64,000 bases of DNA from Octopus bimaculoides (Eukaryota): assembly GCF_001194135.2 (NCBI RefSeq), contig NC_068995.1, positions 13,561,937 to 13,625,936 on the forward strand, read 5' to 3'. Shown here piece by piece: positions 48,101 through 60,150 of the stretch (position 1 is its first letter; the number at the start of each line of letters is the position of its first letter). The notes beneath the pieces are model-generated. The model had not been told where the DNA came from and made no database searches. It worked only from the letters and a program-made list of their open reading frames with translations. The translations under genes and the position numbers were made by a program.

Positions 48101-50575
48101 CATGACCATCCTGCCTTTTATTGTTCTAACACGTTTAGGACCTTATTATTTCCCATGCGCTACCCATTTTTTTTAATACAGTAGAGTGTTATACGAGGGA
48201 TATTTGGCTGTAGAATTCCTCTACATGGTCAAGTGACCATGTAGAGGCATTCGCTTATTATTGAACCTAACCCCAGCCCTCTCCAAATGTGGGATACTTT
48301 CTCCCATGGAATGAGCTGAGTCTGGCACACAAGAAAAAGTATTTAGTCCACGTCAGTCCACTCTGATCATGCACGTCTAGGGTGGAGTCTGTTCAAGTCA
48401 TAACTATCCTATTTTTTATTCAAAGTATATCTGGACCTATATTATATCTCCAATATGTCCCCCTCTTTTTTAACATGTAGGGTCCAGTCATTGTTGTAGT
48501 GTGGTAGCTTGTGTACCTCGTTGACCTTGAGAGCAGCTATACCAGCTTCTGATAGAGCCTTCCATGCTAGACAGGTCAAAGGATAGGGGCCTGACTAATA
48601 TGGACCACCTCTTCTCGGAGATAAAAATGGGTTTGTATAGGGCCAACACCCCTATATGGAAAAGACAAAGTTACAGAAGCATTGATGATGATTCAAAACC
48701 AACAAAAGCTGAGAGAGAAAGGCCTATACTCCATTGGGGGAAAAAGGCTTAAGTAAGTAAATAGGTAATATCTGGACTGTAATATCCATCCAATATGTCC
48801 CCCCTTTTTTTAATGCAATAGAGTATGATTAAAGAAGATTTGGTTGCTATTCTTAGCAATGCCATTAAAGCATTATTCCAGTTTCTTGCATTTTAAGTTC
48901 AGATCCCATTGGGGTCAATTTTGCCTTTTCATCCTTCTTAGAGTGGAGGGGGTCGATAAATAAAATAGCAGACTAGGACAGTGGACTGGTAGAATTGTTA
49001 GAGCTTTGGGTGAGATGCTTTGTGGTATTTGTTCTGATTCTTTGCTTTCTGAGTTCGAATCTTACCATGGCTTAATCGGGGACTAGACTTAATTTATTGT
49101 GTTGGGCCCTGGGTGCCTTTAGCAAAGGAGCCCACTTTGATGCAAGCATTTAAGCTAGGTGTCCTTCCTCCCTCTCAGAACCCTTGGATACAGTCATGGA
49201 CACAGTCCTTCTTCCTGAGTTGATAAATTTTTAAAAAAACCCTAAAACTCATGTAGCTTTCTATTCTGTTGTACTTGAGAGCTTTGTAGTATTCAGCTGT
49301 TAAATATATGAACTGTAGACTTTCTCGTTAGTTCTCCAATACCATAATTAATTCAGCTATCTCTTTATCCAAATTAAGACTATTTAAACTCATGCCAGTA
49401 ATGATAGTAGTTATTGATTACATCTACAGTTTCTCTCTTTATGTTCACTCTCATTGATTTTTCCTTAGTTTTTATTTGGTTCTTTGCTTATACTGGATAC
49501 TACATCTCATGATAGCATTTCATGTCTATTTTTGAACTTTGTATATTTTTTTCTTTTGCCATCTTTGCTTTGTTGTTTCTCCTCTGATATAAATTATGTT
49601 GAGCTGACAAGCAAGATTTTTATGTGGTTGCTTGATCTGCTAGAAACTATGCACTAGTGTCTTAAAAAAAAAAGGAAGGACACATTGGATAATACAGTCC
49701 TAGAGACACTATGACTAATTTTTAAAATGAGTGGAAAGATCTTGGCTGAACACCTTTGATCATAATCTGATTGATCAGGATTGGTCTCATTCTAAATAAC
49801 AAGGGGAGTCTTTATGTGATCGCTCAATATGCTAGAAATAACAGCCAAATTTCCTTTAAATCACACCCCACTATTTTAGAAAAGGTGACAGTGGATAATA
49901 TAGAACTGGCTTCTCTGCATATAGAAAATAGATGGGATGGTTATGGTTGGAATACCTTTAATTGTAGGTCTGCTTCATTAAGGCTAACCTGAGGTTGAAC
50001 AGCAACAATACTTTGAATCAATGCAGTCACTTGATCTGTTAGAAATTGCAGTCAAATCTCCCTGAAATCATACCCTACCATTTAAGAAAAGGTTGGACAT
50101 ATTTTGAAAAATGATGGAATGGTTATTGCTTGACTTGATTAGAACTAACCTGGGGGTAAACAGCAACAACTTTGCTTAAGTGTCCAACATGAGCTTTTGT
50201 CAGTAAAAAAATTATCATTTTTCAAGCTATTAACTGTTATTTTTGAAAATGAAAAATGTTTTAAATATTTATATCTACACTTGGCACTGTCTGGTTAAGA
50301 AGGTTACTTTCCTACCATATGGTTGTGGGTTCATTCTCATTGCATGGCACCTTGTGAGTGGATTTGATAGATGAAAACTGAAAGAAGCCTGTTCTGTGTG
50401 TGTGTGTGTGTGTGTGTCTCTCTCCTTGTCTTGACATTGCATGATAGTTGTAAATGATTGACGCTGTCATCCAAACTCATTTATTTTCAATGTTCTGCGA
50501 GAACATGTCAGGCCATGTGGAGATATTATCTTGCTTGGAACAGGTGAAGGTTGGCAGCAGGAAGCGCTGACTGGA

Positions 50576-50623
<48 letters not shown>

Positions 50624-53600
50624 GTTTTATGATGTTCATCTTCTATAAGCTTTAGCAGCTTTAATTATTGTTGAATTCCTACAACATTGGGCAAAATGAT
50701 CTGCAACAATATTACAGCTTACACTTAAGAAACAAGACACCAAAACTAGTTTTCTAAATAGCAAATGTCTAGTTCATCATATAAAATCACAGCCACTCTG
50801 ATGCACTAAGTAGAAGATAGAGCAAACTGTTATGTCTTTGTCTTATTGCAAGAGCTTATCTGGAATCATTTAAAGAATCTGCAATGCAGATAACACTAAC
50901 ATTATGTTCAAAACCAATACCACATTTTGTTGATGCCTCACCAAAGTTAAAATTTTCCAAGTGTGGGTAAAACATAAGAACTGTATTTCTAACACCTTGT
51001 GTATTTGCTATTTTCTACTATTCTGATCATAAAAAGTTTTCCCAGCTCCCCTTTATAAGGCCTTTCACACAAGACAAGACCTTATAAACTGGAATTCTTT
51101 AATTCATTCTTTGTTTAGTTAAGTTATATCCCATCAAGTATTTTGTTGTGACATTTAAATTATTTCTTTCTGTATATGTGTTATTTCTTTACTACCCACA
51201 AGGGGCTACACACAGAGGGGACAAACAAGGACAGACAAATGGATTAACTCGATTATATCGACCCCAGTGCGTAACTGGTACTTATTTAATTGACCCCGAA
51301 AGGATGAAAGGCAAAGTCGACCTCGGCGGTATTTGAACTCAGAACGTAGCGGCAGACGAAATACCGCTAAGCATTTCGCCCGGCGTGCTAACGTTTCTGC
51401 CAGCTCGCCGCCTTTCTGTATATGTGTGTGCAGTTGGCACATGAAGCAGTGATAATAAACAAATTTTTAGTCCAAATGGCCTTGGTATCTGACATTGATG
51501 ATAGCATAAAGAGCTCCAGAGGCATATATCAGTCCATTGTGGATGCTCTGAAATGACTTGAGTGTTTACATCTTTTGCCAAAAGCAAACCACAATGGGTT
51601 TTTTTTCACAGGTCGATTATGTCAAACATATTTGAACCGATCTAAAAGTTTATCAACATATTTTTTAATTTCACCTTTTAGATTTCATTAGAATTCTATG
51701 AGAAGAGGCGAAGTCGCTGGTTATTTCAACATGAATCTGTTCCATGGGAAATTTGGACTCTAAAGTTAGAAGTTGTTACATTAGATAAAGAATCTGGTAA
51801 GTAATTTGTTTTGTTTTGTTTTTTTCCTAAAGTAACAATTAAGACAAGCCTTTTACATGCCAATCTACCTGGGACTACATCTTTTTCTGATACAAAACAT
51901 CCCATTTTAAAGTGCTCATATTTAAATTAAAACTTTCCATTTCATTTTATGAAACATAAGAATCTTTTAATGTCTCAACCACCAGCTTAATAATGATAAA
52001 GTTATTAGCATACTTAATGTATACATGTCTTTTCCCTGAGATTGCATTTTTTTTCATGTAACTACTGTGCTAAAAACACAATGATTATCAGAAGGAGATG
52101 AAAATTCATCCCAGCAGCGGCCAGCAGGAGCACCAGATGCTTATTCGAGCATGTGGCTGACTGTGAGTACCTGTCATTGTAATGACCAAAATGTACCTGG
52201 TGCTCTTGCTGGTTGTTGCTAGGATAAATTTTTCCCTCTCTCTGCTATCTATTGTTTTAACACAGCAAGTCCATAAGAGAGGCCACCTTAGGACTAATAC
52301 TGCAGTAATTGTGGAGGCACATGGCTTTGTGGTTAGGATGTTGGACTCTTGATCGTAAGATAGCGGTTTCGATTCCTGGAACAGGCGATGTGTTGTGTTC
52401 TTGAGCCAAATACTTAATTTCGCGTTGCTCCAGTCCACTCAGCTGGCAAAAATGAGTAACCCTACAACAGACTAGTCTCCCATCCAGGTATGGAATTTAT
52501 ACATCATGGAAACCGGGAAACTGGTCCTTATGGGTTGGCATGGCTCAAGAAGGTAGCCTACCTAAGGTAACTGCAGTAACTGGTCTATTGACAATGTGTA
52601 TACATTAACCCTTTCGTTACCGTATTTATTTTGAAATGCTCTGTGTTTCTTTCAATTATTTTAAATATAACAAAGAATTTAGTAAAATAACTTAGTTATC
52701 ATTAAGCTAGTGTTAGGAACATTAGTTGTGACTAAAGTTTGGTGGAAGGTTTTAATTCAAAACTTATGAAAACAAAACATTTGTACTACAGAGCCAGAGG
52801 CGATTTCACCCAGGTTGGTAACGAAAGGGTTAAGTATCTAGATGGTTATTTTTGTGAGCTTCCTAACAACTTTGTTTCATTCGTTCAAACATTCTAATTA
52901 CTCAGCAGTCTACTGGTTGTAGTAGCTGCTGTGTAGTCAGTGTGACTGCATCTTAAACTGATTCTTTGTGAATGTGTTCTAAAATATTGATATATTTAAT
53001 ATTACAACTTTATATTAAGGAGCAGAAGTACAATTTCCTGTAATTCACACTGCCTCATGGTCCAATACTGTTTCAACTACATTGTACTGGATATATTTGT
53101 TTGTATGTGTGTGTTGTAAAAATGTGATTTTATATCCCATTAAGATGTCTGCTTTATTCCCCCAGAGAAAAATTAATGCACTTTTATTAGGTTTTAGCAA
53201 TTGATAAATTCTGTTTGGATTTCTAGATCGTCAAGAACAGAGGGAAAAATTAGGAGAAGAATTATCAGAGAAGGTTGTTCATATAATAGAAGCAATGAAC
53301 AAGCATGAGTATGTTCCCAAAACACCAAATTTACAAGATTTGGATCTTGTCTTTGATACAAGTTACCCTGATATCCAACCATATCTATTCCAAGTAAGTT
53401 GTTTGGTAAAGTTTTTTTCTTCTTTCTTTGTGTTGATTAACTGATTTTAAAATAATTAACATCATCATCATCATCATTGTTTAATGTCTGTTTTCTATGC
53501 TGGCATAGGTTAGACGGTTTGACTGGAACTGGTAAACCGGAGACCTGCACCAGGCTCCAGTCTGATTTTAGCTTGGTTGAATATTAAGTATTTATGAACT

Positions 53601-56101
53601 TTTGGCCAACCCTGTATTTCTTTCTTGGTATATACATAAATATATATATATGTATATACACACACACACACGCACATATGCATACATATATGTGAGTATG
53701 TGTGAATCAATATCTCCCGCTTTTTCAACATTCATAACTAAATTTAGTTGTATACATTTACAATACAAAAAATTTCCGAATGCCTTAACTAGCACCATTG
53801 CTTCCACTATTGGATTACTTTGATTCAAGCCAAGCTATTTTGCTTGAAGTTTTTTTTTAATTGTTGGTAAATTTATGAAAGGATTTCCCGTCTGTTATAA
53901 ATTATTGTATGTTTACTAGTTCTATAGTTTTCCTTCCCAAGCTTGGTGGGTGGGATTTGGTTGTGATATTATTAAATGAAATACTGACTTCGACAAGTTC
54001 AATTGAACCAAGAGTACAGTCTATTTTCGAAGTGTATTGACCATAGATGTACCAGAGTTATATCAATACTTACATAACTGAGCTATAACAGAAGTGATAA
54101 ACAAAATCAATAAAGATAGTTACTAAATTACTACATAATATATAGTTTTTCCATCATTGGGTCGTAAATTAATTTCTTAACCTAGACAAAAGGCTGCTTT
54201 TTTTTTTGTGATGAAATTGATCTGTGTATTACTTGGGATTCATTTTAGTAGCTTTATTAGAATGAAAAAGCAAAGTGAAAAGCTCTAGAGTAGGGGTCAG
54301 CATACATTGATGATAACTTATTGCCCCACCCCCACCCCCGCCTCCAGCATGTAAATTTCTAAATTAAAATTGGTTTCAAATTTCGGTACAAGGCCAGCAA
54401 GTTCAGGGGGAGAGGATCAGTTAATCATATCGACCCCAGTGCTCAACTGGTACTTATTTATGAACTTTGAAAGGATGAAAGGCAAAGTTGGGTTTGGTGG
54501 AATTTGAACTCAGAACTGCAGATCTTCCAGGATGAGGCTCGTCTCCTAGGCTGTAGTTTCTGGCTCAGAATTTCTGGAACCACTGTTGACACTGGTTTAC
54601 GCTTATTGTCTGATCCCCATATACTGCATTAATATTCCTTGCACTTTCCGTTGCATTGTTGCCTTTATTGAACTCATAAGGCAAAATATGCCGAATATGC
54701 ACCTTTGTCACTTCCATTATAGCCATTAAAATCAAAGTGCACTCTTCAAAACTTGCACAAAGAATAAGTACAAGGTAAAATTACTACCTGCTTTTATAGC
54801 AAATTGATGCAGGTTGTTTTCTCATCCCCCTCCGACTTTTAATTCATGCAATTGAAAAGAACTGCATTATTTATAGGATGACCTATACATATATATATAT
54901 GATGGGCTTCTTTCAGTCTCGGTCCACCAAATCCTCTCACAAGAAGACACTTGCCCAAGGTGCCACACAGTGGGACTGAAACTGGAATCATGTGGTTGGG
55001 AAGCAAGCTTCTTATTTCTTTATTGCCCACAAGGGGCTAAACATAGAGGGGACAAACAAGGACAAACAAAGGGATTAAGTCGATTACATCGACCCTAGTG
55101 CGTAACTGGTACTTAATTTTCCGACCCCGAAAGGATGAAAGGCAAAGTCGACCTCGGCGGAATTTGAACTCAGAACGTAACGGCAGACGAAATACCGCTA
55201 AGCATTTCGCCCGGCCTGCTAACGTTTCTGCCAGCTCGCCACATAGCCATGCGTGCTAACGTTTCTGCATGCTTCTTACCACACAGCCATGCCTGTATAA
55301 GGAAAATAATTCTAACAAAAACTCTAAGGACAAAATAGAATTTTTCAACCTAAAAATCAATTTCCAAACTGGTATTTCTGAATTTTCTATAAAGGTTTGT
55401 CAGACTGTCTCATAGTTCCAGCAGACAAAATGGAAAAGGTGTTGTCCCTAGAGAATGGCAAGAGAAATGCATTGGAACAACCACTCTGATTCACAAGGCT
55501 CACACAGTTGAGAGGCAGCTTTATACTAGGTGACAAAAAGTTAAAGTATGAGAGAAAGGGCTCAGATACTCCTGCAAGTGGGTGTAGCTGGAGTGGGACA
55601 TTCACGCTTTAGCATTTAAACCAGCCATATCCAGCCAAAGCGTTCTACCTGCTTTATGTAAAACTGACTAGATCAAGTCTTTCCCACCTACCCTACAATG
55701 TCATTCTAAGAATAAAACAATTGCATCATTGAAATCTTGAAGCTATGGGATAATGCATGATTAATTAAAAACAATGAGAGTAAATATTAAATTGGACAGA
55801 GTAATCTGAATGCTAAAGGGTTAAGATGATGGTTATGAAGCGTCAGGATAAGCCACGAGGACAGAAGAACAGGGAAGTTGCAAGAGTATACAGGGAGAGT
55901 GAGGGATCATAGGCGACGGAATAGGGGCAAAGTATAAGCATACTAAATAAAGAAGAATAATCTCTCTCTCTCTTTTTTTTTTTTTTGTTATTCAAATTTT
56001 CACTTTTCTTTTTGCAGTTATTTCATCATACTACATCACCAACATCAACATTCTTACCAAATCCAATTGGAAAAATCTTTAACAGATCTCTTCAAATGTA
56101 G
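33100..56101 (+). CDS. ATG101: Autophagy-related protein 101 (HORMA domain); join(33100-33129,36854-36890,38242-38282,41137-41217,44825-44923,51682-51796,53227-53393,56018-56101)
   Basis: Eight GT-AG exons splice in frame to about 217 aa: [217 protein letters not shown]. This is colinear with human ATG101 (218 aa) as recalled. An in-frame ATG one codon upstream (33097) is also possible. Confidence 0.95.
33521..33926 (-). mobile_element. SINE family A, young full-length copy in ATG101 intron 1
   Basis: Highly similar to the reverse complement of 36295-36692. Confidence 0.92.
34280..34570. mobile_element. hAT-superfamily MITE (291 bp)
   Basis: TIRs CAGGGTTTTTCAAACT / AGTTTGAAAACCCCTG; perfect 8-bp TSD ATTTAGTA at 34272-34279 and 34571-34578. 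Confidence 0.93.
35054..35121. repeat. 27-bp tandem repeat (2.5 copies) at the 5' side of a family D element
   Basis: TGGCACTTGTGCCCAGCGTCGCCTTTC. Confidence 0.9.
36295..36692 (+). mobile_element. SINE family A nested in a SINE C1 copy (about 36160-36785)
   Basis: Host core AAGTACC|AGTTGAGCACTGGGGTCG is split exactly by the insert. Confidence 0.92.
36854..36890 (+). CDS. ATG101: ATG101 coding exon 2
   Basis: ttcag|AAAGTTGAG...GCCA|gtaagt; [12 protein letters not shown]. Confidence 0.93.
38242..38282 (+). CDS. ATG101: ATG101 coding exon 3
   Basis: tgcag|GTATTTTTC...GGAAAG|gtaagt; [14 protein letters not shown]. Confidence 0.94.
38329..38652. repeat. Old tandem duplication, about 2 x 165 bp, just downstream of ATG101 exon 3
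   Basis: TAAAATAATAT...TTCATTC(T/C)TTGCATTAAT...AAGTTAGAAAAT...TTATTAATTATTGT...CTTTG(T/C)TTTCTTGATTTTTT present twice. Confidence 0.8.
38791..39006. repeat. Near-perfect hairpin/palindromic MITE: 92-bp arms, 32-nt loop
   Basis: Arms 38791-38882 and 38915-39006 are reverse complements with only 2 mismatches. Confidence 0.95.
39652..39989 (-). mobile_element. SINE family B with an internal deletion
   Basis: Reverse complement of the 528-914 element; 11-bp TSD AGGCATATTAT at 39641-39651 and 39990-40000. Confidence 0.92.
40100..40550 (+). pseudogene. Ancient RLE-type non-LTR retrotransposon relic
   Basis: From 40220: [18 protein letters not shown], then KENIYGEL..., then [14 protein letters not shown], with stops and frameshifts. 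Confidence 0.7.
41137..41217 (+). CDS. ATG101: ATG101 coding exon 4
   Basis: ttcag|TTTACATGG...ACATAT|gtaagt; [27 protein letters not shown]. Confidence 0.96.
43977..44470 (-). mobile_element. SINE A head joined to a family D (RTE) body and tail
   Basis: Head at 44470-44310, short (TA)n, then D body ending GGACGTTAAACGATGATGATGAT. Confidence 0.85.
44825..44923 (+). CDS. ATG101: ATG101 coding exon 5
   Basis: gatag|GTTCGTGTT...GGTCAG|gtaatt; [33 protein letters not shown]. Confidence 0.96.
45173..45865. mobile_element. Two family D (RTE tail) copies in opposite orientation across an N gap
   Basis: 45173-45444 (-) and about 45690-45865 (+). Confidence 0.85.
47691..47902 (+). mobile_element. 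TTAA/piggyBac-type MITE family P1
   Basis: TTAATCCTTTGGCA...AATGCTAAAGGGTTGA. Confidence 0.8.
48495..48760 (+). mobile_element. RTE/Expander-like 5' UTR fused to an (AAGT)n tail (internally deleted LINE derivative)
   Basis: GTGGTAGCTTGTGTACCTCGTTGACCTTGAGAGC...GACAGGTCAAAGGATAGGGGCCTGACTAA resembles RTE 5' ends as recalled; ends GGCTTAAGTAAGTAA. Confidence 0.45.
51182..51411 (-). mobile_element. SINE family C2, young full-length copy
   Basis: TSD CTTTCTGTATATGTGT at 51166-51181 and 51412-51427 (partly microhomology); tail ...GGGTAGTAAAGAAATAA. A partial copy lies at about 42909-42987. Confidence 0.92.
51682..51796 (+). CDS. ATG101: ATG101 coding exon 6 (WF finger)
   Basis: tttag|ATTTCATTA...TCTG|gtaagt; [38 protein letters not shown]. 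Confidence 0.96.
52609..52829. mobile_element. piggyBac-type MITE (family P2, 221 bp)
   Basis: TTAA|CCCTTTCGTTACC...GGTAACGAAAGGG|TTAA: perfect 13-bp TIRs and TTAA TSD. Confidence 0.93.
53227..53393 (+). CDS. ATG101: ATG101 coding exon 7
   Basis: tctag|ATCGTCAA...TTCCAA|gtaagt; [18 protein letters not shown]...DIQPYLFQ. Confidence 0.96.
55009..55240 (-). mobile_element. SINE family C2 inserted into a SINE A head
   Basis: Highly similar to the 51182 copy; host head resumes at about 55271. Confidence 0.9.
55607..55824 (-). mobile_element. TTAA/piggyBac-type MITE family P1
   Basis: CTTTAGCATTT...AATGCTAAAGGG|TTAA. Confidence 0.82.
56018..56101 (+). CDS. ATG101: ATG101 probable terminal coding exon 8
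   Basis: Strong polypyrimidine tract, ttgcag|TTATTTCAT...ATGTAG; 27 aa, the length expected for the human C-terminal tail, but with low sequence similarity. Confidence 0.75.
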   Translation, partial: LFHHTTSPTSTFLPNPIGKIFNRSLQM

Positions 56102-59100
56102 TGTTTGAAGTATTTCCAGCATAGAACTTCTGATGACAATTGTTCACATGAATATTGTCTTGTAATTATTCTCTTTTGAATTAAGTTCATTTATATATTT
56201 TCATATTTTATTTTCAGTCTTATATACAATAAACTTTGCTCATGAAAAAAACAATCTTCTTTGAGTTTCTTATGTGAATATTTAGCAAGATTTTTTTTTT
56301 TCATTTTTATATTTTTTAAAGGTTTAGTATGAGGAGTAATAGCAATTGCTTGTAATCTTTGCAGAGCCTTTGAGATTAGTGAGGGTGAAGAAGAAAGGAA
56401 TCCTTTCAGTTAGTCACAGATTTGGAAATTTTAAAATTAAGTGAAAAGTGGAACAATTATTCAGTCATGAAGTGGAAGTCTGAGTAATCTATTGATTACA
56501 TGATGTTACTTTCATTCCAGTTTGACAAAGTGAAAGTTGTATCTGATACTCAAAGATAAGCTAAGTCTGAAGAAGCTTAGCATTTACTATGATAATGCAC
56601 TTGTGTTTTTCTCTGTCACAACATATGAATGAGAAAGGAAGGGGTGATGGTAAACTTGGTAGTGGGATGATGGAAGTTCTACAGAGAAAAAAAAAAAAAT
56701 CAAATAGCGTTTCAACTCTGCATAAGTATATGTGTGTATATATAAAAAGGAGTCATGTGAATGTTTGTGTGTGTGTGTGCAATGAAAGTGGGATGGTGAA
56801 CATTCAACCCTGAAAAGAAAAATCAAACAGCGTTTCAACTCTGAGTATATGTGTACATGTACAAGGGAAGTATGTGAATGTTTGTATCAGCATTATGTAC
56901 CCTATTTATATATAAAATACTACAATTAGCTGTCATTTTTGACGGCACAGGGCCAGCTGATTTTTTAAAATAAAACTTAATTATTCTTAAACTATTCCCA
57001 GTTATACATTGAGAAAGTAATCAAAGTATAAGATATTTTTAAAACCTGGTTAATTGATCTGCAATTAGGTGAGAGATATAAAATATGATAGTAATAAAGC
57101 ATTTTGTAAATTGTGTAATGTTTAAATATGAGATTACAAAACTGGTTTAATTATGATTTCAGATTTTGGCACTAGGCCAGCAATTTTAGGAGGAAGGAGT
57201 TAATCAATTACATGAGCCCCAGTGCTCAACTGATACTTATTTTATTGATTCCAAAAGGATAAATGCAGAGTCAATCTCAGTGAGATTTGAATTCATCATC
57301 ATTATTGTAAGATGTAAGAAATAATAATTTCTTGAAGTATGTGTTAATCCCCATGTGGATACATGGAGTAAATAAAATCATAACATAAACAATTAAATAT
57401 AAGAAATAATAATTTTTTAAAGTATGTATTAATCCACATGTACCCAGATTTTGTGGGCACCCTGTATAAAGTATTTAACTCAAATTCATATAGCTGTATA
57501 TGAAAATTACAACAGTTAACTTCATTTGTAGCTTGTCATGCAAATATCCATAGCATCAATCATTTCTAAAAGGGAATTCTGTCATCATCAATTGCTGCTG
57601 ATTTGAGACTGCTTATAACAGCATGCATTGTACTTATAAAAAAATGCTATCGCTCCATCTTAGCTGAAAGAACAAATTGAAGACAAGTAATAGTTCTCTT
57701 TGATTTTGGATGAATCAAATGATATTGCTTGTAAAAAGCATATTTTGTGTGTATGTGTGTATTATATATTGCCCCCCCCCAAAAAAAACAAAAAAAAACC
57801 TTGACAGAATAAAACTGTTAGTTTTTTGTGGTTTAATTCCTGTACTAAAACCACTCTAAAGTATTGAATGAAATTGTAAAAAATTCTTTAAGTGATTTTG
57901 GAATTAATAATAAATATAAATCAATATTAAAAATAGTCTTGCCACAGCAAATGATGGAGCCTAAGGCTTTTGTGGAATTATTAACTTTCTCATGAATTTC
58001 AGGTTCTTTTATTCTAGTACAATAATCTTTAGATGTTTAAAACAGATATCTGAAGAAATTTTCTCGAAAAAAATATTTTTTGAAGTCATTGGAAGTGGAA
58101 GGCCCATTTTTTTTCTTTCAGTTCTCCTGCAAAATTTTCATTCTGAGCTACTTTCTGATATAGTCCATAACTTTAAACATTTTTTTATCTACTTTGTCCT
58201 GAGTGATCTTGTTAACACAGCCATTACCTGCACTTGTTTTATGTTTTATGCAAGATCTGTAGAGTAACTAGTAGTAACATCAATGGTGGATGAGTTGAAT
58301 GAGAGAAAAGAGTGCAAACATAAACCAAGAATGTTTTTGCCGATGATGAAAGTGTTAGATCAAAGAACAAGCACTGTAGTCATATTAAATACCATGCAAG
58401 CCAATTCTGTGATAGAGCTTCAAAATTTCAGTTGAGGAAATTTATTTCACTTTCTCTTTGTATCTATCAGGTTAATAACCACACTGACATGACTGTATTA
58501 CAACACTATATAAAGAAGTAAAAGCTTCCACTGATAATCCTACAAGGTTTACAAGAAGTTCTCATGTTCAAAGACAATTAATCAATAACCATCTGGAAAT
58601 GGATAATGTTTCAGTTTTTGTGTTATCAAATGTTTAGTGCAGTGCCTCACAAACTTTTTTAACAACAGCTCCTTTTCCTTTACACTTTTTCAGCCTCATG
58701 TTTACTATGATCCAACACTCTCTCTTCCCATTGTAATATAGAAACATGTAATACCAGGCCAGAATAATTTACTTCCACGTACTAGTTTGATATGAGTGAC
58801 TATTTACCATAGCACCACCATACTATAAGTGAACATTAAGTATAGGTTAGTATATGATGGTGTTATAGTTCTTGTCATTATTGTGATTGTGGCTAAGGTT
58901 TCAATTGATTTCAAAAATAAGGAAGAATATAGTAAAATAGTAGAGGCACATGGCATAGTGGTTAGAGCAGTGGACTCGCAGTCAAGGGATCATAGGTTCG
59001 AATCTCAGACTGGGCGATGTGTGTGTTTATGAGCGAAACACCTAAGCTCCATGCGGCTCTGGTAGAAGCAAATGGCTGACTCTTTCACAACTTTCTCTCA

Positions 59101-59869
59101 CTCTTCCTGCATCTAGCAGCTCACTTGTGACGAACCAGTGTCCCGTCCAGGTGGAGAACCTATATGCCAATGAAACCAGGCCCTTATGAGCCAGGCATGG
59201 CTCGAGAATGGTTCAGCTGAATGTAAAAAGAAGCACTTTGCTCCCCAGTTTGAGAATTGAACCCATGACCTAACAATGATCAAACCCAACTCCCTAATCA
59301 CATGCCTTCACTACTGTTAATGTACTATCTTGTTTATTACGGATAGAATATGTATGAAGTGATTCAACTTGTTTCCAAGTTATAGTTGTACCTTAAAAGG
59401 AAAAGCTTGTTTACAATGAAAAATATGATGAAAGATTTGTTAATAGATGAAAGATGAAACCACAAAGTATTTTAGGAAGGTTTTTTTTGCTTGAAACATC
59501 AAACTGTTTCTCTTTGTAATGGCAAATTTATTTATTCTCACTAATTGCGACTTTGACCTTCTCGTTTTATTTTTGGCTACTTTCTGACTTAAGCCACTAC
59601 TTCAAAAAATAAAAAAAGAAGAGACGGGGACAAATGTTAATTGGTCATAATAAGAGTATGAATATTACATCATCAATATGTACTTGAACTGACTTAGGAT
59701 TAATGTCACAAGACAAGCATTACTTCTGAAACACACCTCTTTGTTTCAATCGATTCTAAAAAATAATGAAGAATATCTTATAATAAATCTGCTTGTCATT
59801 CCATTACTTAGCCCATTGGTAATGCTGTCATGTGATTAGAGAGAAATAGGGAGAGAGAGAGAGAGAGAG

Positions 59870-60150
59870 AAGCGTCCATGACATGAGGTAGAGGGAATGT
59901 AATTGTAATGCTTTCACATGATTAGTTGAAGAGAAAAGAGGAGAAAGAAAAAGGAGAGAGAAAAGGAGGATAAGGCAAAGAGTTGGACAGAAAGAGGGAG
60001 AGAGAGAAACGTCCATGATGTGAGGTAGAGGGAATGTAATTGTAACACTTTCACATGATTAGTTGAAGGGAAAGAGAAGAGCAAGAAAAAGGAGAGAGAA
60101 AAAGAGGATAAAGCAACGAGGAAGAAAGAAGCGTCCATGATGTGAGGTGG
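59870..60150. repeat. Purine-rich tandem repeat, about 2.2 units (periods 137 and 122 bp)
   Basis: CGTCCATGA at 59873, 60010 and 60132; GAGGTAGAGGGAATGTAATTGTAA...TTTCACATGATTAGTTGAAG follows the first two. Confidence 0.88.

Noticed and set aside
51612-51681. Upstream alternative acceptor (cacag|gtcgatt) for ATG101 exon 6
   Set aside because: It shifts the frame relative to the exon and, read in phase 0, reaches a stop after GTC GAT TAT GTC AAA CAT ATT TGA. The 51682 acceptor restores homology exactly.
59828-60138. Hydrophobic minus-strand ORFs with repeated SFSLSFFLLFS
   Set aside because: They are translations of the purine-rich tandem repeat.
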